Shown: positions 27,448 to 38,738 of the stretch, in pieces
Layout of the letters: each line of letters opens with the position of its first letter
How positions within the stretch are numbered: position 1 is the first letter of the stretch
DNA from: Deltaproteobacteria bacterium
Lineage (GTDB): Bacteria; Desulfobacterota; GWC2-55-46
Length of the DNA: 64,000 nt
Direction of reading: 5' to 3'
Assembly: GCA_016218105.1 (NCBI GenBank)
Contig: JACRET010000001.1
Location: forward strand, 1,262 to 65,261
Position numbers and translations under genes: made by a program
Notes under the pieces: generated by a model
Told to the model about the DNA's origin: nothing
Database searches by the model: none
The model's input: the letters and a program-made list of their open reading frames with translations, nothing else

Positions 27448-28521
27448 CTAGTTGCCGCGGGGCATCTCATCAAGCCTGACGCTTACAGATCTCACCTTGC
27501 CGTCCCTCAATATCTTCAGGTTCACGGCAGCGCCCACCTCGAGCTTGTCCATCATCTCATTGAACTCATCCATTGATTTGACCGGGCTTCCGTCAACGGC
27601 GGTAATGAGGTCTCCGCCTGAAGCGATGATCAGATTGCCTATCCTGATATTGCGGCTGGAACCCCTGAGACCCGCCTTCTCAGCCGGGCTGTTCCTGTAT
27701 ATGTCCGCTATCAGCACACCCGGAGAGCCGAGACCCAGCACCTCCGCGTCAGCAGCGTCTATGGATTGCCCCGTTATCCCAAGCCAGGGCCGTGATACGT
27801 ACCCCTTTTTTATCAATTGAGGGAATATCTTTTTTACCGTATTTACAGGAATGGCGAAGCCGATGCCTATGGAACCGCCCACGGGGCTGAAGATCGCGGT
27901 ATTGACCCCTATCATCTTCCCGTCGCTGTTAAGAAGCGGGCCGCCCGAGTTGCCCGGGTTTATCGCCGCGTCGGTCTGAATTACTTCCCTTATGAGCCGC
28001 CCGTTCGTGGCCCTCATGGTGCGGCCGAGCGAGCTTATTATGCCAACGGTAAGGGTTTTCTCAAGGCCGAAGGGGTTGCCGATAGCCAGCGCCTTCTGGC
28101 CGACCTTGAGCGCGGACGATTCCCCGAAGACGAGCGGCCTGAGCTTGTTTAGCGGGGCCTTTATGCGTATGACAGCGAGGTCATTGCCGGGGTCTGTGCC
28201 GATGACCTCGGCATTGAACTTTGATCCGTCAAAGAGAGTCACATAGATGCTTCGCGCGCCCTCGATCACATGAAAATTTGTGACGATATTCCCGGACCTG
28301 TCTACTATTATGCCTGACCCGGTCCCCGTGGAAGGCACGGGGTTATAAAAGAAATCATAAGAGACGGTAGAGCTTACGATATTTACGACCGACTGCCCTG
28401 CCTCCTCGTAGATCCTGATGTTCGCCTCCTCGTCCGGCGTGGCGTAGAGAGAGGCCGGGGCTAAAAAGGCCAGGAGCAAAATCAGATGTAAGGTTCCGAT
28501 CGTTTTACAAAAACGGTTCAT
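27448..28521 (-). CDS. HtrA/DegP-family serine protease with one PDZ domain
   Basis: GTGSG, TNFHV, DLAV, IQTDAAINPGNSGGPL, GIGFAIP, PDZ; start approximate. Confidence 0.93.
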   Translation of the reverse strand: MNRFCKTIGTLHLILLLAFLAPASLYATPDEEANIRIYEEAGQSVVNIVSSTVSYDFFYNPVPSTGTGSGIIVDRSGNIVTNFHVIEGARSIYVTLFDGSKFNAEVIGTDPGNDLAVIRIKAPLNKLRPLVFGESSALKVGQKALAIGNPFGLEKTLTVGIISSLGRTMRATNGRLIREVIQTDAAINPGNSGGPLLNSDGKMIGVNTAIFSPVGGSIGIGFAIPVNTVKKIFPQLIKKGYVSRPWLGITGQSIDAADAEVLGLGSPGVLIADIYRNSPAEKAGLRGSSRNIRIGNLIIASGGDLITAVDGSPVKSMDEFNEMMDKLEVGAAVNLKILRDGKVRSVSVRLDEMPRGN

Positions 28522-28635
28522 AAAGCCTTGCATTCCTTTTTTATACAATAAAAGCGGATAGATGTCCATAAAAGCAAAAAAACGTGGACGCCGGTTTGCC
28601 TCATTTTTTCAAAGCTGATATAATCTTTTTGCCAA

Positions 28636-28686
28636 ATTGAAGCTCCCCGCGGCAAGCCGCGGGGGATGCGCTCGCTATGCATATTC
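28636..28686 (+). repeat. ~52-bp ATTGAAGCTCCC-hairpin repeat, copy 2
   Basis: attgaagctccccgcggcaagccgcgggggatgcgctcgctatgcatattc; perfect CCCCGCGGC-AA-GCCGCGGGG hairpin. Confidence 0.8.
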
Positions 28687-28711
28687 CATATGGGGTTTAT
28701 TAAAGGGGCAT

Positions 28712-29851
28712 ATGAAAAAGAAAAGGCTCGCCGCAATAATTTTTTCAGCGCTGATGATGATCGCATCCGCCGCCTATCCGGAAAACAACTTCCGCATGCA
28801 GTTTGCCGACAGCTACAGGCAAAACAGGTTCGACGCCCTCGCCTTCCTCGTAAAAAAGAACAAGGATATTATCCCGGCGGAGGTGCGCTCCCTCACCAAA
28901 GAGGCCCTGGAAGGCGACAAGACTTTTAATGAGAAGATGAACCTCCTCGACCTCGCCAGCGCCATGGCGTCCATGTACAGGCACTGGCACGGGGATGGCA
29001 GTCTCGTCCCGGAGGTCGATCAGGTAAACAAGGCGGAGATAAAGAAGGAAGAGTCCCGTGTCACAGAGCTAACCAAATGGGACAAATACGAAAAATTCCT
29101 TGGAAACTTCGTAATGAAAGACCATCAGGCCGGGATGGACACCAAAGGCCTTTCCCCGGTCATTTATCCGCACTGGTTCCACAGGCTGCTTTTCGAATGC
29201 AAGACCTGCCATCAGGAGATATTCGTCATGAAAAGGGGCGGCAACGCGATATCGCACGACGGGATGCGGGAAGGCAAGCTCTGCGCCGCGTGCCATAACG
29301 GGAAGCTGTCCTTCAGCTCCGGCGAGAATTGCGGTAAATGCCACACAGCCGGGCTTCCCGAATCAGAGCGGCTCAGAGACTTATCAAAGATGGACTTAAA
29401 CGCCATAAAGGAAGCAGCCTATCGCATAGGCTCCGTATTCAACCCGGATAACCTTCCGGGCAAGTCCCTGCCGCTTGACAAGTTCGGCCATATAGACTGG
29501 GCGTACCTAAAAGAAAAGAAGGCATACGAGCCTTTGAAGGCCCTGGACAAAGGAGCGATCGACGAGGTCAGGGAGAACGCGATATTATTCGAGCCCCCGA
29601 TGACATACGTCAAAAACGTCGTCTTCGACCACAAGACGCATTCATCTCAGATAAAATGCGCCACCTGCCACCCGGCTATCTTTAAAGACGAATTGGGCTC
29701 GAACAAGGTCACGATGATTGAGATGTCCACGGGCAAGTACTGCGGATATTGCCACGGAAAAGTGGCGTTCAAGTTCGCGGAATGCAACAGGTGCCATTCA
29801 AAGCCGCCGGGAGACCAAACAGGCGGAGCGCTCATAAGAAAGGCCAAGTGA
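28712..29851 (+). CDS. Hexaheme c-type cytochrome with two c7-type triheme domains
   Basis: Signal peptide MKKKRLAA; CKTCH, CAACH, CGKCH, CATCH, CGYCH, CNRCH; H..H and Met ligand spacing of c7 repeats. Confidence 0.9.
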   Translation: MKKKRLAAIIFSALMMIASAAYPENNFRMQFADSYRQNRFDALAFLVKKNKDIIPAEVRSLTKEALEGDKTFNEKMNLLDLASAMASMYRHWHGDGSLVPEVDQVNKAEIKKEESRVTELTKWDKYEKFLGNFVMKDHQAGMDTKGLSPVIYPHWFHRLLFECKTCHQEIFVMKRGGNAISHDGMREGKLCAACHNGKLSFSSGENCGKCHTAGLPESERLRDLSKMDLNAIKEAAYRIGSVFNPDNLPGKSLPLDKFGHIDWAYLKEKKAYEPLKALDKGAIDEVRENAILFEPPMTYVKNVVFDHKTHSSQIKCATCHPAIFKDELGSNKVTMIEMSTGKYCGYCHGKVAFKFAECNRCHSKPPGDQTGGALIRKAK

Positions 29852-29933
29852 GCGATATGGTATATGTCACCCTGTCCCCCTGCGGGAGAGGGCGGAGGGT
29901 GAGGGGGATATTTAAGCGAGACTTCGCTCCACT

Positions 29934-30188
29934 CGCAATGACATTCGTTTTGCTTTTAGTTTTTAAAAAATCACAGTGGTGCGCAGCGAATAAAAGAGGC
30001 GAGCGACCGGGCTTCAGTGCCATCGGAGGGAGAGAGCCGACAGCTAGCGGAGCCAATACCCAAAAGCGCGTGGCAACGCGCAAAAAGGCCTTTTACCAAG
30101 AGGCATGAATTCACCCTCCCCTTAGTCCCCTCCCGTCAAGGGGGGGGATGTTAAAACGATCCCGGCCCGTTCGGGGAACGGGCCCTAC
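29934..30188 (+). repeat. Mosaic REP-containing intergenic repeat, copy 2
   Basis: Aligns with the reverse complement of 2728-2994; ends in a GTAG-type REP (minus strand GTAGGGCCCGTTCCCCGAACGGGCC). Confidence 0.85.
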
Positions 30189-30279
30189 ATTCGTTTTTAG
30201 ATTTTGTTTTTGTATTACCCAGACACAAGGGCGCAGGGAATATTTGACCTTAAGAGAGAATAACCGCCCTGGTTCTTCT

Positions 30280-31080
<801 letters not shown>

Positions 31081-31102
31081 AGATGGACTTTTTCAGAGCC
31101 TG
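31081..31102. mobile_element. Terminal remnant of the 123-bp MITE
   Basis: agatggactttttcagagcctg fills the whole gap between the cytochrome c stop and the selenoprotein ATG. Confidence 0.7.
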
Positions 31103-31468
31103 TTAGAATATCCCGGCTTCTTTCTGAAGGTTACGTATATATTTAATGAGCACTTCTATCTCATCATCACTCACTCCGTCTATCTTCGGCATATTGCCGA
31201 ATGTCCAGTGGTGGGAGCGCGCCCCTCTCTGCACCGCCCAGCGAAAGCTCATATCCGAATGATGGTTGGGATGGTATATCTTGTGCACAAGCGGAGGGCC
31301 CGACTCTGTACCCGATCCCTTCTCCCCGTGGCATTTCAAACAGCTGTGTTTATAAAGCAACTCCCCTTTCTTCAAGGTCTCCGCATCGGGCGCGGCATAT
31401 TCCGCCTGTAAAGGCGAGGCGGTTATTACAAAAGAGGCAAAGATCATTATAGCAGCTATCTTTCTCAT
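31103..31468 (-). CDS. Monoheme class I cytochrome c
   Basis: Signal peptide MRKIAA, CLKCHG, GPPLVH..Y.PNHH, HHWTFGNMP; start behind AAGGAG. Confidence 0.88.
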   Translation of the reverse strand: MRKIAAIMIFASFVITASPLQAEYAAPDAETLKKGELLYKHSCLKCHGEKGSGTESGPPLVHKIYHPNHHSDMSFRWAVQRGARSHHWTFGNMPKIDGVSDDEIEVLIKYIRNLQKEAGIF

Positions 31469-31552
31469 ATGGACTCCTTTCAGGGACTTTTTACCACACT
31501 GGAAATGCCTGGTAAAGGATTTAACAGTTTGCCTAAAAACCCGGGATTTGTT

Positions 31553-31675
31553 CAGGCTGCTCAAAAAGGTTCCGCTGCGAGGCGTCGAAAAGCGAGGAAT
31601 GAGGCGTACTTTGTCTATACGCCGCAGTGACGAGCTTTGATGCCAACGAAGCAGATGGACTTTTTGAGCAGCCTG
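31553..31675. mobile_element. 123-bp MITE with 16-bp perfect terminal inverted repeats
   Basis: CAGGCTGCTCAAAAAG ... CTTTTTGAGCAGCCTG; abuts the copA stop codon; partial copies elsewhere. Confidence 0.85.
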
Positions 31676-34567
31676 TCAGGCATGCGCAGGCTTGAACCTT
31701 TTAAGCCTTAGTGAGTTGCTTACTACGCTTACCGAAGACAGCCCCATTGCCGCGGCGGCGAACATCGGGTCTAAAAGAACGCCGAAGAAAGGATAAAGTA
31801 TGCCTGCGGCTACGGGGATGAGCAGTACGTTATAGAAAAACGCCCAAAACAGGTTCTGCTTGATATTCCTGATAGTGGCCCTGCTCAGTGAAATGGCTGT
31901 AACGATAGACCGCAGGTCTCCGCCGATAAGTGTAATGTCCGACGCCTCCATCGCGACGTCGGTGCCTGTGCCAATGGCTATGCCGATGTCGGCCTCCGCG
32001 AGTGCGGGCGCGTCGTTTATGCCATCGCCTACCATCGCCACTATCTTGCCCTCGGCCTGGAGCTTTTTCACCTCTCTCGCCTTGTCCTCGGGCAAAACCT
32101 CGGAAAGCACCCTGTCTACGCCGATTTCCTTTCCGATGGCGTTTGCCGTCCTCCGGTTGTCGCCTGTGATGATAGCGACCAAGAGCCCCATGCGCTTGAA
32201 AGAGGCTATCGCCTCCTTCGAGAACTCCTTCAAGGTGTCGGCTACGGCGATCAATCCGGCGGCCTTGTTGCCAACGCTGAGGTAAATAGCGGTCTTGCCC
32301 TGGTCAGATAACCTGGCCGCGGCATCCTGCAGACTGCCTACCGCGATGCCGCTGTCGGCCATCATCTTGAAATTACCGAGGAACACACCCTTGCCGTCTA
32401 TTTCAGCCTTTATGCCGTGGCCCGGAACAGCCTCGAATAATGACGGGTCTTTAAGCTCTACCCCCCTTGCGGCGGCGTGCGCGACTATCGCCTCTCCCAC
32501 CGGATGCTCGGAGCCTTTCTCTGCTGATGCGGCGTAGAAGAGCAAGCTGTCCTCAGGCGACAAGCCTAGGCGCGATATTTCATTTAAAACATCTTTATCT
32601 TCCGTAAGCACGATATCGGTGAGCGACGGCTCTCCCCTGGTGAGGGTGCCTGTCTTGTCGAGCACTATCGCGTTTAATTTATGGGCGGTCTCAAGCGACT
32701 CCCCTCCCCTGATAAGTATCCCGTTCTCCGCGCCTTTGCCTGTGCCGACCATAATGGAGGTCGGGGTCGCGAGCCCCATCGCGCACGGGCATGCTATTAT
32801 CAGCACTGCTATGAAGTTCAAAAGCCCGTAAGTGAACGCGGGCTCAGGGCCGAATATGAACCATATGAAAAAGGTTATGACCGCCAGGACGATCACGGCC
32901 GGGACAAACCAGCTCGCTATGATATCCGCCAGCCTGGCTATCGGCGGCTTACTGCCCTGGGCCTCCTCCACCATCTTGATAATCTGTGAGAGCGTCGAAT
33001 CCTTTCCGACCCTTGTAGCCTTGTATTTAAAAGAGCCGGTCTTGTTTATCGTTGCCCCGACGACCTCGTCGCCCGACTTTTTGTCTACCGGCAGGCTCTC
33101 CCCGCTTATCATCGACTCGTCTATAGAGGAATAGCCCTCGATGACCCTGCCGTCCACGGGTATCTTTTCGCCCGGCCTTACTACGATGATATCTCCCTCG
33201 ACGGCCTCTGCCGCCGGGATGTCTTGCTCCCTGCCGCCTCGCACCACCCTTGCCGTCTTCGGCTGCATGCCGATGAGCTTCTTTATAGCTTCTCCGGTCT
33301 TGCCGCGCGCCCTCATCTCAAGGAGCCTCCCGAGGAGTATCAGTGCGATGATGGCGGTTGCGGTATCGAAGTAGACACCGGCATGGAAACCATGCACGCC
33401 AAAGTATTGCGGAAAAAAAGTCACGGCTGTACTGTAAAAATATGCCGCCGAGGTTCCGACGGCTATCAGGGTATTCATGTCCGTTGTCCTGTGGCGGGCC
33501 GAGGCGACGGCGCCCCTGTAGAACTGCCACCCTGCCCAGAACTGGACCGGCGTAGCCAATATGAACAGTAAATAGTTATTGCTGAGGATAGAGGGTATCC
33601 ATGAAAACCACTCTGAAAATGCCCCTGCCATGACAGGCACGGAGAGGACCGCGGCAAAAATAAATTTGGCGCGCGTCTTCTTGAACTCCTCCTTCTTTAT
33701 CCGCTCATCCCTCCCGAGCGCGTCCTCGTCCCCGGCCGGGGCGAGGGCCTTGTAGCCTATAGAGTTTATGGCCTTTACGAGGCCGTCAACGCCTATGATC
33801 GTCGGGAGGTAATTTATGGCCGCCTTTTCCGAAGCGAAGTTGACTGAGGCGCTTATGACGCCTTCGACCGAGTTTAAGGTCTTTGTTATCTTTTCAACGC
33901 ACGAGGCGCAGGACATGCCCTGAACAGGAATAGTAACGCTCGCCACCCCCGCACCGTACCCGAGCTCTTTGATGGTCTTTATGAAGTCCGTCAGGTGGAC
34001 TTCCTGAGGGTCATAGGAGATGCTTACCTTCCCGGCGGCAAAGTTGACGCTGGCCTCTCGTATGCCGCTTAAGGATACGAGCCCTTTCTCGATCTTGGCG
34101 GCGCATGAGGCGCAGGACATGCCTGTTATAGGCAGGTTTACCTTTTTAAGCCCTTTAGGGAGCGGCTTTTTATCTTCCGCGGAATGGACGTGGCCGTGGA
34201 TGGAACCTTTTTCTTTAGAGTCCTTGCCCGCCAGGTACTTTTCAGGCTCTCTTTGGAACTTTTCCCTGCAGTTAGGGTTGCAGAAATAATATGTTTCGCC
34301 CTTATAGGCATGCGTTCCGCCCTTCGGGTCGTTTTTGGGGACGGTCATGCCGCAAACAGGGTCTATAGCCTTCTCTTCCATATGCTCATCCGGCATTTTC
34401 AAGGCCCTGGCGCCGTCCGTATCCATAAAGGACGCTGTGTCCGCGTCAAATCTCTCCTTGCATCTAACGGCGCAAAAATAAATCTTCACGCCTTTGTAGA
34501 CGGACTCCCCCTTTGCCTTTCCTGGGGCTACTTCCATCCCGCAGACCGGGTCTCTTGCCATGTACAT
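31676..34567 (-). CDS. copA: Cu(+)-translocating P1B-type ATPase with two YHS and two HMA domains
   Basis: DPVCGM..YFC twice, GMSCASC twice, [26 protein letters not shown] and MGLSS. Confidence 0.93.
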   Translation of the reverse strand: MYMARDPVCGMEVAPGKAKGESVYKGVKIYFCAVRCKERFDADTASFMDTDGARALKMPDEHMEEKAIDPVCGMTVPKNDPKGGTHAYKGETYYFCNPNCREKFQREPEKYLAGKDSKEKGSIHGHVHSAEDKKPLPKGLKKVNLPITGMSCASCAAKIEKGLVSLSGIREASVNFAAGKVSISYDPQEVHLTDFIKTIKELGYGAGVASVTIPVQGMSCASCVEKITKTLNSVEGVISASVNFASEKAAINYLPTIIGVDGLVKAINSIGYKALAPAGDEDALGRDERIKKEEFKKTRAKFIFAAVLSVPVMAGAFSEWFSWIPSILSNNYLLFILATPVQFWAGWQFYRGAVASARHRTTDMNTLIAVGTSAAYFYSTAVTFFPQYFGVHGFHAGVYFDTATAIIALILLGRLLEMRARGKTGEAIKKLIGMQPKTARVVRGGREQDIPAAEAVEGDIIVVRPGEKIPVDGRVIEGYSSIDESMISGESLPVDKKSGDEVVGATINKTGSFKYKATRVGKDSTLSQIIKMVEEAQGSKPPIARLADIIASWFVPAVIVLAVITFFIWFIFGPEPAFTYGLLNFIAVLIIACPCAMGLATPTSIMVGTGKGAENGILIRGGESLETAHKLNAIVLDKTGTLTRGEPSLTDIVLTEDKDVLNEISRLGLSPEDSLLFYAASAEKGSEHPVGEAIVAHAAARGVELKDPSLFEAVPGHGIKAEIDGKGVFLGNFKMMADSGIAVGSLQDAAARLSDQGKTAIYLSVGNKAAGLIAVADTLKEFSKEAIASFKRMGLLVAIITGDNRRTANAIGKEIGVDRVLSEVLPEDKAREVKKLQAEGKIVAMVGDGINDAPALAEADIGIAIGTGTDVAMEASDITLIGGDLRSIVTAISLSRATIRNIKQNLFWAFFYNVLLIPVAAGILYPFFGVLLDPMFAAAAMGLSSVSVVSNSLRLKRFKPAHA

Positions 34568-34748
34568 CCTCCTGTTATCATATTATATCATACAGGTTTA
34601 ATGCCCTTCTACATTAAGTGAAAGGCAGGGCTCTGCGCAAGCCTTCAATAATCAATTCCTGACAAAAATTTAGTATTGTTTAAGGGTTATAACTATGTTA
34701 TCTTTTTTATATTAATGCCTGCCTAGAGAAGGGACTGAAGACGTTAGA

Positions 34749-35816
34749 ATGGACGAATACAGGATAGACAGCCATAAGTTGATTTTTCATGTCGAGCGGG
34801 TAAACGATTGGCTTAATAACGGCAATATCTACCCCATTTATATGGAAGTCTCCCCGGTCGGGGCCTGTAATCACAGGTGTACGTATTGCGCCCTCGATTA
34901 TATGGAATACCAGGCCCGTTCCCTCGACAGGGAAATCCTGAAAACAAGGCTTACTGAAATGGGGCGACTGGGGCTTAAGTCCATCATGTACGCCGGCGAA
35001 GGCGAACCCTTTCTCCACAAGCACATCGCGGAGATAATAAACCACACAAAAGAGTCCGGAATTGACGTCGCGATAACCTCCAACGGCGTCCTTTTTACCG
35101 AAAAGATAATGGAAGCCTCGCTGAAATCCATAACATGGATAAAGGTAAGCATAAACGCCGCCACAAAAGAGACCTACGCGAAGATCCACCGGACAAAGGA
35201 AGAGGATTTCGAGAGGGTACTGGACAACATCTCAAAAGCCGTGAAATTCCGCGCCGCTAACGGCCTTACATCCACGATAGGCATGCAGCTTATATTGCTC
35301 CCGGAAAACGTGAACGAGGCCGTGCTGCTCGCGAAAAAGGCCAAGGAAATCGGCGCGGACTACCTTGTCATAAAATCTTACTCCCAACACCTCAAGAGCC
35401 ATACAAGGCAATATGAGGACTTCAAATACAGAGACCACCTCCATCTGAACGACGAGCTTCAGAAGATATCCGATAACAGGTTTAAGGTGATCTTCAGAAG
35501 CAACGCCATGAGAAAGCTTGAGGAAAAAGGCAGGAATTACACCCATTGCCTGGCGCTCCCCTTCTGGTCCTACATAGATTCAGGCGGCGGCGTCTGGGCC
35601 TGCAGCGCATTTCTGAACGATGACAGGTTCCTGCTCGGAAATATAAACGAGAATACTTTCGAGGAGATTTGGAAGGGAGAGAAGAGGAAGCGCGTAATGG
35701 AGTTCGTCTCCAGGGAACTCGATACCAACGAATGCCGCAAGAACTGCAGGATGGATGAGGTAAACCGCTATCTCTGGGAGCTTAAAAACCCCTCACTGCA
35801 CGTCAACTTCATATAG
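34749..35816 (+). CDS. Radical SAM protein with SPASM/twitch domain
   Basis: CNHRCTYC, GEGEP, C-terminal C..(GGVWAC)..LGNI..IW..CRKNC. Confidence 0.9.
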   Translation: MDEYRIDSHKLIFHVERVNDWLNNGNIYPIYMEVSPVGACNHRCTYCALDYMEYQARSLDREILKTRLTEMGRLGLKSIMYAGEGEPFLHKHIAEIINHTKESGIDVAITSNGVLFTEKIMEASLKSITWIKVSINAATKETYAKIHRTKEEDFERVLDNISKAVKFRAANGLTSTIGMQLILLPENVNEAVLLAKKAKEIGADYLVIKSYSQHLKSHTRQYEDFKYRDHLHLNDELQKISDNRFKVIFRSNAMRKLEEKGRNYTHCLALPFWSYIDSGGGVWACSAFLNDDRFLLGNINENTFEEIWKGEKRKRVMEFVSRELDTNECRKNCRMDEVNRYLWELKNPSLHVNFI

Positions 35817-35838
35817 GCCCCCTAAAAAAACCAAGACA

Positions 35839-36870
35839 ATGATGAAAGACGAATTGATAAAATACGGGATAAAGACTGTCACCAGGACGATGCTCCTGCA
35901 GATGTATGCCTCGATGCTTAAAATACGCATGTTCGAGGAAAAGATAGTGGAGCTTTATCCGGAGCAGGAGATGAAGTGCCCGGTGCACCTGTGTATCGGC
36001 CAGGAAGCCATAGCCGCTGGCGTGTGCCTGAATCTAAGGAAAGAAGACTATGTTTTTTCCAACCACCGCGGACACGGGCATACTATCGCCAAAGGCGGCG
36101 CGTTAAGGCCGCTCATGGCCGAGTTTTATGGCAAGAAGACCGGATGCAGCAAGGGCAAAGGCGGCTCGATGCACATCATCGACGTGGACAACGGGATACT
36201 CGGCACCTCCGCGATAGTCGGCGGCGGCATACCGATGGGTGTCGGCGCGGCCCTTTCATCGGCATTAAGAAAGCAAGACCGCGTCACCGTAATATTTTTC
36301 GGGGACGGCGCCTACGACGAAGGGGTTTTCTACGAATCATTCAACTTCGCGTCCCTTAAAAAACTGCCCGTGGTATTTTTCTGCGAGAATAATTTTTACG
36401 CCACCAACTCACATCAGTCCGCCAGGCAGCCCGGCTGCAGGATATCGGACACCGCGTCGGCCTTTGACGCCCGCGGGACATGCATAGACGGAAACGACGT
36501 CCTTTCGGTCTACAAGGAATCGCAGGATGCCATAGCCCGCGCCAGACGCGGCGGCGGCCCGAGCCTGATAGAGGCAAAGACGTACAGATGGAAGGGGCAT
36601 GTCGGCCCGGAGGCCGATTATGAAAAGGGGTGCAGGCCGAAGGAAGAGCTCTTCTACTGGATAGAGCGGTGCCCGATAAAGAGGTTTAAGGAACTCCTTC
36701 TCCGTAAAGATGTAGCCACAGTAAAGGAGCTGGACGAGATCGCCGCGAAGTTGAGCGCGGAGATCGAGGATTCGGTGGACTTCGCCAAAAAAAGCGAATA
36801 CCCCGAGCTTTCAGAACTCCTTACCGATGTATACTACACTGGCGGCGGCGTGCCAAAGGAAAACAATTAA
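35839..36870 (+). CDS. ThDP-dependent dehydrogenase E1 alpha-like subunit
   Basis: HLCIGQEA, HRGHGH, GKGGSMH, GDGA..EG...CENN, TYRWKGH. Confidence 0.92.
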   Translation: MMKDELIKYGIKTVTRTMLLQMYASMLKIRMFEEKIVELYPEQEMKCPVHLCIGQEAIAAGVCLNLRKEDYVFSNHRGHGHTIAKGGALRPLMAEFYGKKTGCSKGKGGSMHIIDVDNGILGTSAIVGGGIPMGVGAALSSALRKQDRVTVIFFGDGAYDEGVFYESFNFASLKKLPVVFFCENNFYATNSHQSARQPGCRISDTASAFDARGTCIDGNDVLSVYKESQDAIARARRGGGPSLIEAKTYRWKGHVGPEADYEKGCRPKEELFYWIERCPIKRFKELLLRKDVATVKELDEIAAKLSAEIEDSVDFAKKSEYPELSELLTDVYYTGGGVPKENN

Positions 36871-36871
36871 G

Positions 36872-37924
36872 ATGCCGTGGACAAAGGTTTACAGCAATAA
36901 AACGGACTTTGAAAACGCCCTTAAAGACAATAAGGACTTAAGGGGCGTCACCTATAAATCCGCGATATTAGAGGCCACTTACCAGATGCTTGAGTCGGAC
37001 CCGGACGTTTTTGTCATCGGCGAAGGGGTCGATGATTCAGGCGGGGTCTTTGGCACCACAAAGGGCCTCCATGAAAAGTTCGGAAAAGAACGCGTAATGG
37101 ATATGCCTCTGGCGGAGAGCGGCCTTACCGGGGTCGCCGTAGGCGCCGCCATAGCCGGCATGAGGCCGATCCTCGTGCACATGAGGGTCGATTTCATCCC
37201 CTTGTCGATGGACCAGATCATAAACCACGCAGCGAAGTGGCATTACATGTTCGGCGGCAAGCTCAATGTGCCGATAGTCATAAGGTCGATTATCGGACGC
37301 GGCTGGGGCTCGGCCGCCCAGCACTCGCAGAGCTTCCCGTCCCTTTTTACGAATATACCCGGCCTGAAGGTCGTGATGCCCGCAACCCCCTATGACGCAA
37401 AGGGGTTGCTCATGGCCAGCGTATATGACGGGAACCCCGTCATCTCGATAGAGCACCGCTGGCTGTACGAACACATGGGCCATGTCCCTCTTGAGCCCTA
37501 TCAGGTCCCCATCGGCAAGGGGATCGTCAGGAGGCCGGGCAAAGACGCGACCATTGCAGCCATATCATACATGGTATACGAATCCATGCTGGCGGCTGAA
37601 GCTTTGAAGGCAGAGGGCATAGACGCCGAGGTGATAGATCTAAGGACTTTAAAGCCGCTTGATATGCCTCTCATACTGAACTCCGTCGCAAAGACCGGCA
37701 GGCTGGTCATAGCGGATACAGGCTGGAAGGAGACCGGCATAGGGTCTGAGATCATCGCGCGCGTAGTAGAAGATGGTTTCGATTCCCTGAAAGCCCCCGC
37801 GGAAAGGGTGAACCTCCCAGAGGTGCCCACGCCTGCGAGCCCGGTACTTGAAAAGGCGTACTACCCTGGGAAAAATGACATCGTGGCGGCTGTCAAGAGA
37901 ACACTTTCCCGAAAGCGCGGATGA
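36872..37924 (+). CDS. ThDP-dependent dehydrogenase E1 beta-like subunit
   Basis: GEGV..GGVFGTT, DMPLAES, AAQHSQS, PGLKVV.P, EVIDLRTLKPLD; start set at MPWTK (36872). Confidence 0.92.
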   Translation: MPWTKVYSNKTDFENALKDNKDLRGVTYKSAILEATYQMLESDPDVFVIGEGVDDSGGVFGTTKGLHEKFGKERVMDMPLAESGLTGVAVGAAIAGMRPILVHMRVDFIPLSMDQIINHAAKWHYMFGGKLNVPIVIRSIIGRGWGSAAQHSQSFPSLFTNIPGLKVVMPATPYDAKGLLMASVYDGNPVISIEHRWLYEHMGHVPLEPYQVPIGKGIVRRPGKDATIAAISYMVYESMLAAEALKAEGIDAEVIDLRTLKPLDMPLILNSVAKTGRLVIADTGWKETGIGSEIIARVVEDGFDSLKAPAERVNLPEVPTPASPVLEKAYYPGKNDIVAAVKRTLSRKRG

Positions 37925-37929
37925 TGTAA

Positions 37930-38697
37930 ATGGCGGCTGAGAAAAAGCGCAGACAAAAAGAGCCTAGCGTTTCTATTATCGTCCCCTGCCTGAATGAGGA
38001 AGGCAATTTACGGGGCACTATTGAGTCCATTAAAGAGGCGCTCGCCTCAGCCAAGGCCTTCAGCGATTACGAAATACTTATCTTTAACGATTTCAGCACC
38101 GACGGAACCGGCAAGCTCGCCGAAGAGATAAAGAAGACGGAAAAAGGGGTCAAGGTCATACACAACCCCAGGAACATGGGGTTTGGATATAATTACACGG
38201 AAGGGGTAAGGCTCGCCAGAAAAGACTATATAATAATGGTCCCCGGCGATAACGAGATACCCGCGGAGGCGATACGGCAGGTATTAAGCCAGGCCGGTGA
38301 GGCGGATGTCATCATACCATACACCGCGAACACGCATGTAAGGGCGCTCTCTAGAAGGGTGATATCAAAGCTCTTCGTAATAATAATAAACACCCTTTTC
38401 GGCCTTAACGTCATCTATTATAACGGCACCTGCCTTATAAAAAGCTCGCTCCTTAAAAAAGTCCCTCTCAAGACATGGGGGTTTGCCTACATGGCGGCGA
38501 TACTCGTGAGGCTCCTGCGTTCCGGGGCAAGCTACAGGGAAGTAGGGGTTGAGATAAAACCCAGGGCGAGCGGAAAGACAAAGGCATTCAGATTCAAGAA
38601 TATAATGAGCGTAGGGAGCGCGATAGCGTCATTGTTCTGGGAAGTGCGGATAAAGGAACGCTCAAGCTACAATAGCCCCAGAGGCGCGCGCGGATAG
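37930..38697 (+). CDS. Glycosyltransferase family 2
   Basis: SIIVPCLNEE, NDFSTDGT, NMGFG, VPGDNE, R.SG.TK. Confidence 0.9.
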   Translation: MAAEKKRRQKEPSVSIIVPCLNEEGNLRGTIESIKEALASAKAFSDYEILIFNDFSTDGTGKLAEEIKKTEKGVKVIHNPRNMGFGYNYTEGVRLARKDYIIMVPGDNEIPAEAIRQVLSQAGEADVIIPYTANTHVRALSRRVISKLFVIIINTLFGLNVIYYNGTCLIKSSLLKKVPLKTWGFAYMAAILVRLLRSGASYREVGVEIKPRASGKTKAFRFKNIMSVGSAIASLFWEVRIKERSSYNSPRGARG

Positions 38698-38738
38698 CTG
38701 AACAGACCTGATTTAAATTCCGTTAAGGATGGCTCTCT

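Noticed and set aside
28637-28711. N-terminal extension MKLPAASRGG of the cytochrome ORF
   Set aside because: It is translation of the hairpin repeat; the signal peptide starts at ATG 28712
35839-37924. Housekeeping pyruvate dehydrogenase pdhA/pdhB
   Set aside because: No E2/E3 nearby and the context is glycosyltransferase/radical SAM; gene symbols withheld
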